DNA of 34,143 nucleotides from a virus (lineage: Duplodnaviria > Caudoviricetes). The stretch is taken from IMG/VR virus record IMGVR_UViG_3300046778_000344, positions 1 through 34,143 of that record; one strand, given 5' to 3'. Positions within the stretch are counted from its first letter, which is position 1, and every line of letters starts with the position of its first letter. The position numbers and the translations under genes were made by a program. Shown here one piece after another: positions 10,230 to 19,429 of this stretch. The notes under the pieces are model-generated. The model saw only the letters and a program-made list of their open reading frames with translations, made no database searches and had not been told where the DNA came from.

Positions 10230-10275
10230 CTGTGGTATTTTTATAGGATTTTGTTTTTGGAAATTCAATTAAAAT

Positions 10276-10482
10276 TTAGTGCGTTTCGGGCACATTTTCA
10301 AGAACACCACACAAGGCCAAATAAGCCGGCATGAGTTCTCTAGCGGTAAAATTGTCGGTTTCATTTTCCGGAGCATTGGCCACGGCCAAAGCAAACATTT
10401 TGTGCAACGCCATTCGGAGTTCGGAAATAGAACATTCACAGTGTATCAGGGGGCTGATAACTTTAAGTAACTCTTCATTCAT
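10276..10482 (-). CDS. Hypothetical protein
   Basis: 68 aa helical ORF in operon orientation with A-rich leader, followed by a terminator. Confidence 0.55.
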   Translation of the reverse strand: MNEELLKVISPLIHCECSISELRMALHKMFALAVANAPENETDNFTARELMPAYLALCGVLENVPETH

Positions 10483-10549
10483 AAGTTTCGTGTTTAATTG
10501 ATCAATGAATAAAATAAAAAATATTTTACACTTTTACGGCATCCCTCAA

Positions 10550-11065
10550 TTAAGTGCAAAAGATATTTCCATCACTCCATTTTACAGGATCAACCACAAG
10601 AGGTTCGAGTGTTTTTAATTCAAAATGAAAGTCCATGCCATAATAACCGTCAGAACCTTCAGCATCGACTTCGTCATAAGTCACGGTTTCTTTATCAAAA
10701 TTTTTATAGAGCCAACCGCTTTCAGGCATTTTGCTCCAAACGTTTATCCTGGACAATACTTCGAGGCCTATTTCCTCGGCTTTTTCTTTAGCATCCCGTT
10801 GTCCAGGGAAATCATCGGCTTTTACACCTGTCACCAAAATAGAAAAAGCAACAGATCGGTTATTGAACGTGCGCTGTTCATTACCGGAAAGTTTTGAAAA
10901 GTAATCGTAAAAAACCAAAATAGGGCTTTGTACGCCGTCTACTGAGCTTATTCTATCAGCCAGTTCCTGTGCTGATGTACTGCAATAATCTTTAATATCG
11001 ACATGTTTAGTGGCTAAATCCCCGAAAAATTCGTTTACTTTTTTGAATGATAATAGTCTGGCCAT
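10550..11065 (-). CDS. Putative tail terminator-like protein
   Basis: 171 aa alpha/beta pattern consistent with tail-terminator folds; position in the tail module. Confidence 0.45.
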   Translation of the reverse strand: MARLLSFKKVNEFFGDLATKHVDIKDYCSTSAQELADRISSVDGVQSPILVFYDYFSKLSGNEQRTFNNRSVAFSILVTGVKADDFPGQRDAKEKAEEIGLEVLSRINVWSKMPESGWLYKNFDKETVTYDEVDAEGSDGYYGMDFHFELKTLEPLVVDPVKWSDGNIFCT

Positions 11066-11067
11066 GA

Positions 11068-11208
11068 TTATTTTATTTTATGTTTCTTTTTCCTTTTTGG
11101 CGGCGGAGGTGGCGGGTATTTATAATGAGGTATTCCCGAACGAGAACCTAAACCACTGAATAAAGCCGAAAACCACAAAATGCCTAAAATCCAAAATACA
11201 TACTCCAT
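11068..11208 (-). CDS. Small membrane protein missing from ORF track (46 aa)
   Basis: Manual translation MEYVFWILGILWFSALFSGLGSRSGIPHYKYPPPPPPKRKKKHKIK; fills the gap with 2-nt spacers on each side. Confidence 0.7.
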   Translation of the reverse strand: MEYVFWILGILWFSALFSGLGSRSGIPHYKYPPPPPPKRKKKHKIK

Positions 11209-11210
11209 AA

Positions 11211-12038
11211 TTATTTGTTTTTACGTTCTTTTTCTCTTTGTCTCACAATGCTTTCGTCATAAATAGAAAGGAATTTTGAAGCCAAAACTTTTTCGACCTG
11301 CTGATGATTGCCGAAAATTTGAACTTCGTCCATAGCAAAGGCATCTATAATTTTAGAGAAAGGGTAGTAGGGTTTTGGTTTTGCCGGAGTTTTATCCTCT
11401 TCTCCTTCTACTTTCTTTTTTTGCGGAAAAACGTTTGGATTCCGATTAATAAAATTTTGACGACAACCAGAATAAGCATGAGCAATCATAAATTTAACCG
11501 GAAATGAAATTTTATCGGTAATATGAGAATTTGACTCTAACAATAAATTAGAGAAGGGTTCGCGTAGATCTTCTTTTTTGGACTTTTCGCCTTTTGGACG
11601 GTACAAAATAGCCGTGAGGCGATGCAAATCGTCAGTGTTTTTTTCGATAGTCCATTTATAATAAAAAGTATCCGCATAAGACAACTCTTCGATGGTGCAA
11701 TTAGCCATACGCATTGCAGGACCATAAACTACTTTGCGGAACGGCCATCGACCAATTTTTATTTTGGCAGGAAACCGAGTCAGCAATTCTTTTTCGTCAA
11801 AGACAAAAGCGGTGTATTGCTCCAGTTCCGAAAAAGGCACATTAGACAACACAATCACTGATTTTATGATATTCCGGAAAGTAAACTTTGGCACCAGCAG
11901 CACCGACAGAATTACCCTCTTGAAAAATTTAGTTTCTACCTGCTCATTCCTGGCATTGAACATGAATTTTCCAATGGCATTGACTTGGAACTCAGTTAAA
12001 TCGTTCCATTTTTGAGCAACATTGATATTAATTCTCAT
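11211..12038 (-). CDS. Conserved phage protein, possible tail assembly chaperone
   Basis: 275 aa; WNDLTE-type N-terminus and RLTAILYRP segment; position in the tail module. Confidence 0.4.
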   Translation of the reverse strand: MRININVAQKWNDLTEFQVNAIGKFMFNARNEQVETKFFKRVILSVLLVPKFTFRNIIKSVIVLSNVPFSELEQYTAFVFDEKELLTRFPAKIKIGRWPFRKVVYGPAMRMANCTIEELSYADTFYYKWTIEKNTDDLHRLTAILYRPKGEKSKKEDLREPFSNLLLESNSHITDKISFPVKFMIAHAYSGCRQNFINRNPNVFPQKKKVEGEEDKTPAKPKPYYPFSKIIDAFAMDEVQIFGNHQQVEKVLASKFLSIYDESIVRQREKERKNK

Positions 12039-12204
12039 CGAACGAATTTTTAGTTTCCCGAAGGATTTGTTTTTCGAGTTTCATGATATCAGCTTCAAGC
12101 TTACCAAATTCCAAAAAAGTGGAATCATTGATTTCAGAAAGCATTTCGATGTTAGAAAATAATCGGGCTTTTTTTAGTTTTAAGGATCGTAGTTTTTGTT
12201 CCAT
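12028..12204 (-). CDS. Small coiled-coil protein missing from ORF track (58 aa)
   Basis: Manual translation MEQKLRSLKLKKARLFSNIEMLSEINDSTFLEFGKLEADIMKLEKQILRETKNSFDEN; TAATG coupling upstream, 11-nt overlap downstream. Confidence 0.7.
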   Translation of the reverse strand: MEQKLRSLKLKKARLFSNIEMLSEINDSTFLEFGKLEADIMKLEKQILRETKNSFDEN

Positions 12205-12713
12205 TATTTTATGACGTTTTGAAGTAAAGCGTTAGTGGTGGCGGTTTGGCTTTTTACATAAAAAAAGATTAACAGCAACCCAAACAGAAAAATCACAACC
12301 ACACCACCCACTATATAGAGTATAAATGTAGGGTTGAAGTTTTCGGTTTTAGTAGAATATTTTTGTTTTACCAGTTGTTCGAGTGCCGAATTACGACGGG
12401 TTAATTCTTCTATTTGTGCAGCATAACAATTGATATCGCGAATGTTTCCGTTAGAATCATAGACGGTTTCGAGGCGCATATTGTTTTTTGTGACGCGGTA
12501 AATGGTTGTATCGCGATAAACAACCCCAGACGGACGAAAAGAAACGCTATCACCTGGACGAAAGCTGTAGTTTTCGAAATTGTCTTTATACGAAAAATCG
12601 GTTTTAGTTTTGGAAGCGGTTTTTTGAATATCACAGGAAGAAAACAGCACGATCATTGAAATGATAAGCAACGTCGCCAGTAACTTGAAAATGGTGTTGA
12701 GATTGATTTGCAT
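12204..12713 (-). CDS. Putative unimolecular spanin (lipoprotein with C-terminal TM helix)
   Basis: Lipobox LFSSC after a hydrophobic stretch; C-terminal FILYIVGGVVVIFLFGLLLIFFYV; follows the endolysin. Confidence 0.7.
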   Translation of the reverse strand: MQINLNTIFKLLATLLIISMIVLFSSCDIQKTASKTKTDFSYKDNFENYSFRPGDSVSFRPSGVVYRDTTIYRVTKNNMRLETVYDSNGNIRDINCYAAQIEELTRRNSALEQLVKQKYSTKTENFNPTFILYIVGGVVVIFLFGLLLIFFYVKSQTATTNALLQNVIK

Positions 12714-12817
12714 AGGTTTTGTTTTTAGAGAGGAACATTATTGTCCCTCTGTGGTTATTTTTGAAAGGGCCAAAAAAGGGCGTGAAATTCTGGTCTTTTT
12801 CTGGCCCTTAGGATTTT

Positions 12818-13192
12818 TTACCATCTTGCTTTTGTTCCCCGAATATCGTAATGAACAAAATTTGGATAAATGCCAATTCCACCTTGTTTCATTTTGCCTT
12901 CAGCGATTAATTCTTCAATTACTGCCGCAAGTTGTTTTGGTGTGTGTCCTTTCGCGTTTATATCGGCCGCTGAAGCTGTTAAGTGCTGGCTGAATTTTGC
13001 GCCTCCAACTTTTTTATTATGAGCAGGAGTTCGGTAGCCTGAACCTGTCACCGTTACCGGAACACCTAAGTGATTTCTAAGAATCTGCAGGTTTTCTGCA
13101 ACTTGTTTGCAGTTACTCATAAACATTGCAGGAACAGGAGCACCATCCTTGCAATCAAATTCTTTACTATTAAAATTTTCTGTTAGTTTCAT
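12818..13192 (-). CDS. Endolysin, peptidase M15A (Zn D-Ala-D-Ala peptidase) family
   Basis: SGYRTPAHN, SQHLTASAADI and FVHYD motifs; probable start MKLTENF at 13192, just after the holin stop. Confidence 0.9.
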   Translation of the reverse strand: MKLTENFNSKEFDCKDGAPVPAMFMSNCKQVAENLQILRNHLGVPVTVTGSGYRTPAHNKKVGGAKFSQHLTASAADINAKGHTPKQLAAVIEELIAEGKMKQGGIGIYPNFVHYDIRGTKARW

Positions 13193-13193
13193 A

Positions 13194-13733
13194 TTATTCA
13201 TCTTTAAATTCATTTTTAATTTCTTTGTACACGCCAATCATTTTTTTAACCGATTTCCAAAGGTCAAACCCGCATTTTGGAAGGTTTTCGTGAAATATCG
13301 AAAAACCTTCAATCAGGCAAAAAAACAATACTACACATGTCGCTAATTCAAATTCGGCATCCGAAATTCTAGAGTATTTAAAATTTTTAAGTAATAATGT
13401 TGTTTGAAGATTAATTAACAACTGAGGTACCAAAAGATAAACGGCTAACTTCACACCCATTTTTTTTGCTTTATCAGAAGTAAACCCTTCACCTTTTCCA
13501 AAAAACCAACGGTCTTTATGATCACTTTCTTTCCATTGGTAATAAGAAGCCAATAATCCAGTTACCAAATCAGACACGAAAAACCATACTAATAAATACC
13601 AAACAGATTCGTAACTTATCACCTTAGAAACCGCAATAGTAGCTGGCATTACAATCACTAAGGAAACTGGATTTTTTATCATTATAGCTAATAATGTAAA
13701 TTTCGGCAGTGCTATGTCTAGTAATTCTTTCAT
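13194..13733 (-). CDS. Holin
   Basis: Several TM helices, DLVTGLLAS and IEGFSIFHENL motifs of phage holin-4-like proteins, charged C-terminus, directly upstream of the endolysin. Confidence 0.75.
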   Translation of the reverse strand: MKELLDIALPKFTLLAIMIKNPVSLVIVMPATIAVSKVISYESVWYLLVWFFVSDLVTGLLASYYQWKESDHKDRWFFGKGEGFTSDKAKKMGVKLAVYLLVPQLLINLQTTLLLKNFKYSRISDAEFELATCVVLFFCLIEGFSIFHENLPKCGFDLWKSVKKMIGVYKEIKNEFKDE

Positions 13734-13814
13734 GGTTAATTTGGGTTTTTGTTATTATAAAAGCAACCTCGCTCTCTCCAGCCAGCCTCCTAACAGGCAG
13801 TTGCTTTTAGTTTA

Positions 13815-16241
13815 TTATATTCCTCCATCAGTTACAGTCCATCCGTAACCAGTTATTAAAGTTCCCGCACTTGAATAAGTATTGGTAAATGTGCTACTAT
13901 TCAAATCAATTGTATTAGCATCTACAACTGTAACTATCCAAGAACCATTCGCTTCGGTTGTTCCTACAACTCCTGAAATAAAACATTTGTTTCCTGTTGA
14001 TAATCCGTGAGCAGTAGCAGATATACGAATTAATCCACTACCATTATTTACAGCATTGGTAATTGATTTAGTTGAATTAGTACGAGTTAATAGAGCACGT
14101 CCTTCTGTTGCAGCAGCAGTATATTTAATAGTTGCAAATGTTGTTGTCAAAGCAGCGATAGCAATTCTGTTTGTCCATCCGTTATAAATTGCATCAAGGT
14201 TTGTAGACGAATAATTAGCAGCAGCTTTTCCATTCATGAAATTTGTAAAATTTGTAACAGCAGATACATTCCATGAACCAATATTTTGATTGAAAGCAAC
14301 TGTTCCGTTAAACATTCCACTCATATTTGTAACAGCAATAGTATTCCAAGAACTTATGTCTTGGTTAAATGCAGTTCCAGCAAATACGCTACTTAAATCT
14401 AATGTGCCTGTTGTTTTTAAAGTCCATGAATTTATACCGGAACCACCACCATTATTATATTTAGTTGCTGCTCCAAAAAGATTTATCAACGTACTACAAT
14501 TTGATAAATTCCACACACCTAAATTTTGATTGAAAGCGGTCGCACCGTTAAACATTGAATAGATAGTTGTCATATTAGTTCCAACACTCCAAACCATATT
14601 CCCTGCAACTCCATTAGCTAATCCATTGTTAAAAGCCGAAGCACTTTGAAACATTGCGGACATATTAGTACAAGCTGCTACATTCCAACTACTAATATTC
14701 TGATTGAAAGCATTTGCGCTTTGAAACATTGAAGCGGTTGAAGTCGCTTTAGATATATTCCATGAGTTTAAAGGTTGATTAAATAAAACAGCACTTTGAA
14801 ACATACTAGCCAAAGTAATAGAAGTAGTTGTATTTAAAGTCCAAGTGTCTACGTTAGTGCTTCCACCATTATTAAATTTAGAAGCACTTTGAAACATACT
14901 AGCCAAATTAGTACAGCTAGTCAAAACTAAACTTCCTAAATCTTGGTTAAAATTAGTTGCACTTGAAAACATACTATTTGCTGTAGTAATAGCAGCCATA
15001 TTCCAAGCCATTGTTCCAGCTACTCCATTAGCATAACCATTATTAAATTGTGTAGCAGAATTAAACATTGATGCCATTGTAGTAACTGCAACTGTGTTCC
15101 AAGAATAAATTGGTTGGTTAAACGAAGAAGCACTTTGGAACATATTTCTCATAGTAATTGTGCCAGTAGTTTTAATAGACCAGTTATTTATAGTATTGCT
15201 TGATCCATTATTAAATACAGTAGCACTTTGAAACATGGATAAAAATGAAGTTACAGCAGATACATTCCAAGATCCTATGTTTTGATTGAAAGCTGATGCA
15301 CTTTGGAACATACTAGACATGCTAGTTGCATTACTAGTATTCCAATTGTTAATACTTGAGCTTCCACCATTATTAAAAGCTGTAGCACCTTGGAACATAC
15401 CATTAAAATTAGTGCCATTAACAACGTTCCAACCTCCTATATCTTGATTAAAAATAGTTGCCCCAGAAAACATATTAAGAAAAACACTTGCTCCACTAAC
15501 GTTCCAATTTCCTAATGGTTGATTGAAACTTGTACACCCTGCAAAAGTGCCCTGACCAGATGAACCAAAAGAACCTACATTAGATACATTCCAATTATTT
15601 ATACTACTACTCCCTCCATTATTAAACGCGGTACAATTCATAAAAAATGAATCTATGTTACCAGCACCGGATACATTTAAGGCACCTACATTTTGATTAA
15701 AGTTTGTGCATCCCAAAAACATCTCTCTAAAGTTTATTATAAGACCAGTGTTCCAATCTGTGAATTTATTTACAGATGTAATTGAGGTGCAGCCTCTAAA
15801 AGTTCTTAATAAATCAGTAGTTCCAGTTAAATTCAAGGTGTCGCTAACTGACGATAAATTTAAATTAGAACATCCATAGAAGTAACCCCCTTGTGTAGTT
15901 CCTAATTTAAAATTAGTTCCCCAAGAACTAATGGATAATATTTTTAATCTATCTCCAGTATTGTTAAATTGCCATCCTGTACAAGTACCAGTAGCTATAA
16001 TAGTATAAGTTCCGGAAGAGGAATAAGTATGTGTTACGGCAGCTGCATTATAGGCAGTTATAGTGTCTGAATTTCCATCGCCCCAATTAACAACAAAATT
16101 GTAAGTGCCTGATGAAATCAAAGGCAACTTAATCTGAGTGGATGTGCTTGAACCAGTTGAAGTATTGGCAGTGTTCCATGACGAAACAAACGGCAATTGT
16201 CCATCATACATCATTCCTATTATTTTGTTATATCTCAACAT
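13815..16241 (-). CDS. Fibre/receptor-binding protein with PKD domain, DUF285 (BspA-like surface) repeats and C-terminal E1-FCCH-like domain
   Basis: VNWGDG...THTYSSSGTYTI (PKD); about 20 FNQxIxxWNVxxxTxMxxMF-type repeats; ITNAVNN...AHGLSTG...ISGVVGTTEANGSW. Confidence 0.8.
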   Translation of the reverse strand: MLRYNKIIGMMYDGQLPFVSSWNTANTSTGSSTSTQIKLPLISSGTYNFVVNWGDGNSDTITAYNAAAVTHTYSSSGTYTIIATGTCTGWQFNNTGDRLKILSISSWGTNFKLGTTQGGYFYGCSNLNLSSVSDTLNLTGTTDLLRTFRGCTSITSVNKFTDWNTGLIINFREMFLGCTNFNQNVGALNVSGAGNIDSFFMNCTAFNNGGSSSINNWNVSNVGSFGSSGQGTFAGCTSFNQPLGNWNVSGASVFLNMFSGATIFNQDIGGWNVVNGTNFNGMFQGATAFNNGGSSSINNWNTSNATSMSSMFQSASAFNQNIGSWNVSAVTSFLSMFQSATVFNNGSSNTINNWSIKTTGTITMRNMFQSASSFNQPIYSWNTVAVTTMASMFNSATQFNNGYANGVAGTMAWNMAAITTANSMFSSATNFNQDLGSLVLTSCTNLASMFQSASKFNNGGSTNVDTWTLNTTTSITLASMFQSAVLFNQPLNSWNISKATSTASMFQSANAFNQNISSWNVAACTNMSAMFQSASAFNNGLANGVAGNMVWSVGTNMTTIYSMFNGATAFNQNLGVWNLSNCSTLINLFGAATKYNNGGGSGINSWTLKTTGTLDLSSVFAGTAFNQDISSWNTIAVTNMSGMFNGTVAFNQNIGSWNVSAVTNFTNFMNGKAAANYSSTNLDAIYNGWTNRIAIAALTTTFATIKYTAAATEGRALLTRTNSTKSITNAVNNGSGLIRISATAHGLSTGNKCFISGVVGTTEANGSWIVTVVDANTIDLNSSTFTNTYSSAGTLITGYGWTVTDGGI

Positions 16242-16243
16242 AA

Positions 16244-18001
16244 TTAAGCTTCCAATCTAGTTCCTACAACATCCCATTTAGAATCGGTGTTGTTATATAT
16301 AATCGCTAAGTACATGGTTTTACTTACAGTAGTAGCCGTTGGCAACGTAACACCTATTGCTCTATAGTTAGAACCAAATGTTATTGTTCGAGAAGTTCCG
16401 TTGTCTTTTATTCTAACAATTAAAGCTTGTCCTTCTGCAAAAGTTCCTGTTGGATTTCCCAATGTTAAATTGGCTGCCTGAGCAGTTATAATTACTTCGT
16501 CGTTTGTTGAAACAGGTGTTACAGTTGCACTACTAGAAACTGATTGCACATTTGGAGTGATATTTTCATACAATCCATCAAAATAAAGTTTCAAAAACGC
16601 CTTCACATTTGTCCAGGTAATTTTCTTTAAAACTCCTCCACTTGTTAAAGCAGTCGCAACATAATCAGAATCGTTTGGCGTGGCATCGGCTGCACCACCT
16701 ATTAACGCACCTAATGTAGTGGTGGTTTCATCGCCTGTGTTTGTACCGCTGGTATTTCCTAATACTGTTTGTTGAGCATCAGAAACATATCTTTTATTTG
16801 CAGAATCAGCAACATCGGCAGTAGTAGCATCAGCTCCAGCGGTAACTAATCCTTTAGAATCGTAAGTTACTTTTGTTTTTGTTGCTCCTGTAATTGCTGT
16901 GTTTTTAACAACTAAGTTGCTTAAATCTTGGTCACCTGTATTATCACCTGATAAAACGGTAATTCCTAAAATTGATTTTATATTAGCGGTTGTAAAACCA
17001 TCAGTTAACTGTTTTTGAATTTTTCCAAAAGCTACCAAAACAGAATCGGTAGAAACAATTGCTCCACCAGTAACAAATGAAATCCCTGTCAATACAGTAG
17101 CTAAAACCCGAGCCGCAGTAAAATAAAGATTAGAACTACCTTCTGGCAAAGCATCGGTATCAGTTGCTCCACTCCCTGAACCGCCTTCAATCCATCCTTC
17201 TTCTACGTCATAATTATAATTCACAACATCAGAACCTGAGCCGGCATCTACTTGCGCATAATCCCCTGAATTAGCCGTTGGATGCGCAGTTGTTAAAGCT
17301 CCAAAAGAAGTGTATTTACCTTTGTATCTATCGTTGTAATCCGCTGTATCCAGTTTTAACGCTAATCCAGTATCAGCATAATCTTTAGCATCTTGCAAAA
17401 CATCTGCATCGGCGGCAGCTTGTAAGGTTGAAACTGGTTTGTCGATGTCGGAAGTAGAATCAAGAATACCTAACTTTTCTTTTTCGGCTAGTGTATAAAT
17501 TTCTGTAACTATAGGCTCCGTAGTTTCGGTTATATCAGTTCCTAAAACATAAATATCAGTCAAGCGCAAATATCCTGTAGGCATAACTGGAGGAATGGCC
17601 ACACTGGTTTCGTCTACTTCTTCACCAGAAAACAATACTATTGTGTTTTCGGAAGAAGCCGCTAGCGAATCGATTCTATTTAAATCAGGTGTAGTAGTTG
17701 CTGCAATGGTAGTATTGAACGCACCTACATTAGCGTAGGGATTGAGTTGGATGCGCCATTTAAATTCATTGGCAGCAATAGTTATTTCGTTACCCACACG
17801 CTGGATAATTCCTGTTTTTGTAAACCCATCCGGATACACAATGCCATCAATTCTATTATTGACTTTGGCTAATATGGAAGGAAGTGGTACCGCACAAACT
17901 TCATCGTCTTTATCCAGCATTAAAAAGTAGTCCACTTTCTCATTTCGAGACGGAGCAGTAATTTTTAATTTTTCAAAAATAGTGGTTATTAAATTAGCCA
18001 T
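16244..18001 (-). CDS. Phage fibre protein
   Basis: 585 aa Thr/Gly/Ala-rich; fibre motifs TDALPEGSSNLYFT, SGxNTGD (twice), TKVTYDSKGLVT; C-terminal beta-sandwich. Confidence 0.7.
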   Translation of the reverse strand: MANLITTIFEKLKITAPSRNEKVDYFLMLDKDDEVCAVPLPSILAKVNNRIDGIVYPDGFTKTGIIQRVGNEITIAANEFKWRIQLNPYANVGAFNTTIAATTTPDLNRIDSLAASSENTIVLFSGEEVDETSVAIPPVMPTGYLRLTDIYVLGTDITETTEPIVTEIYTLAEKEKLGILDSTSDIDKPVSTLQAAADADVLQDAKDYADTGLALKLDTADYNDRYKGKYTSFGALTTAHPTANSGDYAQVDAGSGSDVVNYNYDVEEGWIEGGSGSGATDTDALPEGSSNLYFTAARVLATVLTGISFVTGGAIVSTDSVLVAFGKIQKQLTDGFTTANIKSILGITVLSGDNTGDQDLSNLVVKNTAITGATKTKVTYDSKGLVTAGADATTADVADSANKRYVSDAQQTVLGNTSGTNTGDETTTTLGALIGGAADATPNDSDYVATALTSGGVLKKITWTNVKAFLKLYFDGLYENITPNVQSVSSSATVTPVSTNDEVIITAQAANLTLGNPTGTFAEGQALIVRIKDNGTSRTITFGSNYRAIGVTLPTATTVSKTMYLAIIYNNTDSKWDVVGTRLEA

Positions 18002-18006
18002 TTCTG

Positions 18007-18402
18007 CTAGTTTTTAGGGTAAATAGCCCATTCAAAATCTAAATCCTGTGCATTAGACGAAACTTCTCTCAGGCATAATTTAAACGATGTCCCTGTCTTG
18101 TCTTTTATAGTTTCAAAAGCATCATTGTCATTATTGTAATTGGCCCCTTTTGAAACTAATGATCCTTCGACACGATAATTCGAAGTACCTACATCATAAG
18201 GTAAAATAACTGTTCTAATTTCATCAGAACCACTAACATCACCAATAGGAAAAGTTCCCGAAGCTAACGGGCTTGTTTTTTTAAGAAAAAGAGTCAGCTT
18301 ATTAAAACAAAATCTTAAATCAACTGCCGGGATAGCCTGACCACTATCTAGTTTTGTTGCCACTTCAGTTTCAATATCTAGTATTTCCTGTATGTAATTC
18401 AT
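18007..18402 (-). CDS. Hypothetical structural protein (H-type-lectin-like C-terminus)
   Basis: 131 aa; KTGTSFKL...FEWAI terminal pattern; located in the fibre cluster. Confidence 0.45.
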   Translation of the reverse strand: MNYIQEILDIETEVATKLDSGQAIPAVDLRFCFNKLTLFLKKTSPLASGTFPIGDVSGSDEIRTVILPYDVGTSNYRVEGSLVSKGANYNNDNDAFETIKDKTGTSFKLCLREVSSNAQDLDFEWAIYPKN

Positions 18403-18407
18403 AATCT

Positions 18408-18830
18408 TTATATTTTGAAATCATTAATTAAAAAATCTACTGCTAAAAAATCAGGTGTTCCTGGCGCGGGTGGAGTTGGTGGAGGATTAGGATTTGGTAT
18501 GTTTGGAACTACAGGCGTAATGATAGATGCCCCAACCGGCTGCCAACTACTTATTAAAGCAGGATTACCTCCTAAATAGTAAGCTGCGTTCCAGTAAGTA
18601 TTAGCATCAAAAAAACCACGTACTACGTCGTTTATTTCTAAAGTTCCCGCTGTATTAGGTATTCCGTTTTGATTGCCTTTATCGATGAGTTTTAAACTCA
18701 GAAAAGGATTAGGACCCGAAAGAATATAATACTCTTTGGTTTTCTCATAATAGAATCTGGCCGACTCAGCGAAATCTTTCTCGATGTAGATTTCGATTAT
18801 TGGTTTTTTATTTCCTACTTCTATTTCCAT
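18408..18830 (-). CDS. Hypothetical protein with Pro-rich linker
   Basis: 140 aa, translationally coupled to the upstream gene. Confidence 0.6.
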   Translation of the reverse strand: MEIEVGNKKPIIEIYIEKDFAESARFYYEKTKEYYILSGPNPFLSLKLIDKGNQNGIPNTAGTLEINDVVRGFFDANTYWNAAYYLGGNPALISSWQPVGASIITPVVPNIPNPNPPPTPPAPGTPDFLAVDFLINDFKI

Positions 18831-19372
18831 TACCTGGTTATTGATTGTTTAACAGTAATTTTTCCCTCCAGATAGTATTCGTTTTTACCATCTTTAACCA
18901 TCATTACGTCGTAATAATAGATTTGGCAGTTTAATGACTTGGTTTGATCTGCAGTAAAACTCACGCCCAACACATTGTCATCATCTCCTTTAATTTCTAA
19001 TCCGCTTCCTATTGAGAAATCCAATAAAGCAGGAGCAGACCTGCTGTATTTTACCTGAAGTTTTATTGCAGAAAACGCGGTTAAATCAATAGGCAAGGCG
19101 TCTTTTATAAATGTCAAATCCATGTTATGAAACTCGTTTTGACGAATAGAAAAATCATATTTCCCGATATTGCTCTCACTCGATTCTTTTCGCTCCAAAT
19201 CGGAAAGCGTAGAAATAGGTCTGAACAAAGCAGCATTTGAAACTTCACGATTCATACAGGAAAGCGTTCCCGCCTCTGCCAGTTGTTTAATAAACATATT
19301 TTCCAAATCATTTTCACCAATGAGTTTTATATCGTCTATTCCGTTTGCTGTAGGTATTCTTTCTATAAACAT
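18830..19372 (-). CDS. Structural protein with BppU-like Ig/adaptor domain
   Basis: PIDLT...QVK...YYYDV...LEGKITV pattern typical of fibre-attachment domains. Confidence 0.55.
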   Translation of the reverse strand: MFIERIPTANGIDDIKLIGENDLENMFIKQLAEAGTLSCMNREVSNAALFRPISTLSDLERKESSESNIGKYDFSIRQNEFHNMDLTFIKDALPIDLTAFSAIKLQVKYSRSAPALLDFSIGSGLEIKGDDDNVLGVSFTADQTKSLNCQIYYYDVMMVKDGKNEYYLEGKITVKQSITR

Positions 19373-19388
19373 CTGCTTTGTTTTTTAT

Positions 19389-19424
19389 CAAAATTCGGGT
19401 TATCACTCAATTTTAAAAAGGACA
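19389..19424 (-). promoter_or_regulatory. Putative phage late promoter (fibre/lysis operon)
   Basis: TGTCCTTTT-N17-CCGAATTTTG. Confidence 0.7.
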
Positions 19425-19429
19425 TCTTT

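Noticed and set aside
13815-18001. Diversity-generating retroelement acting on the fibre genes
   Set aside because: No reverse transcriptase ORF and no TR/VR pair differing only at adenines was seen; the repeats are in-frame protein repeats.
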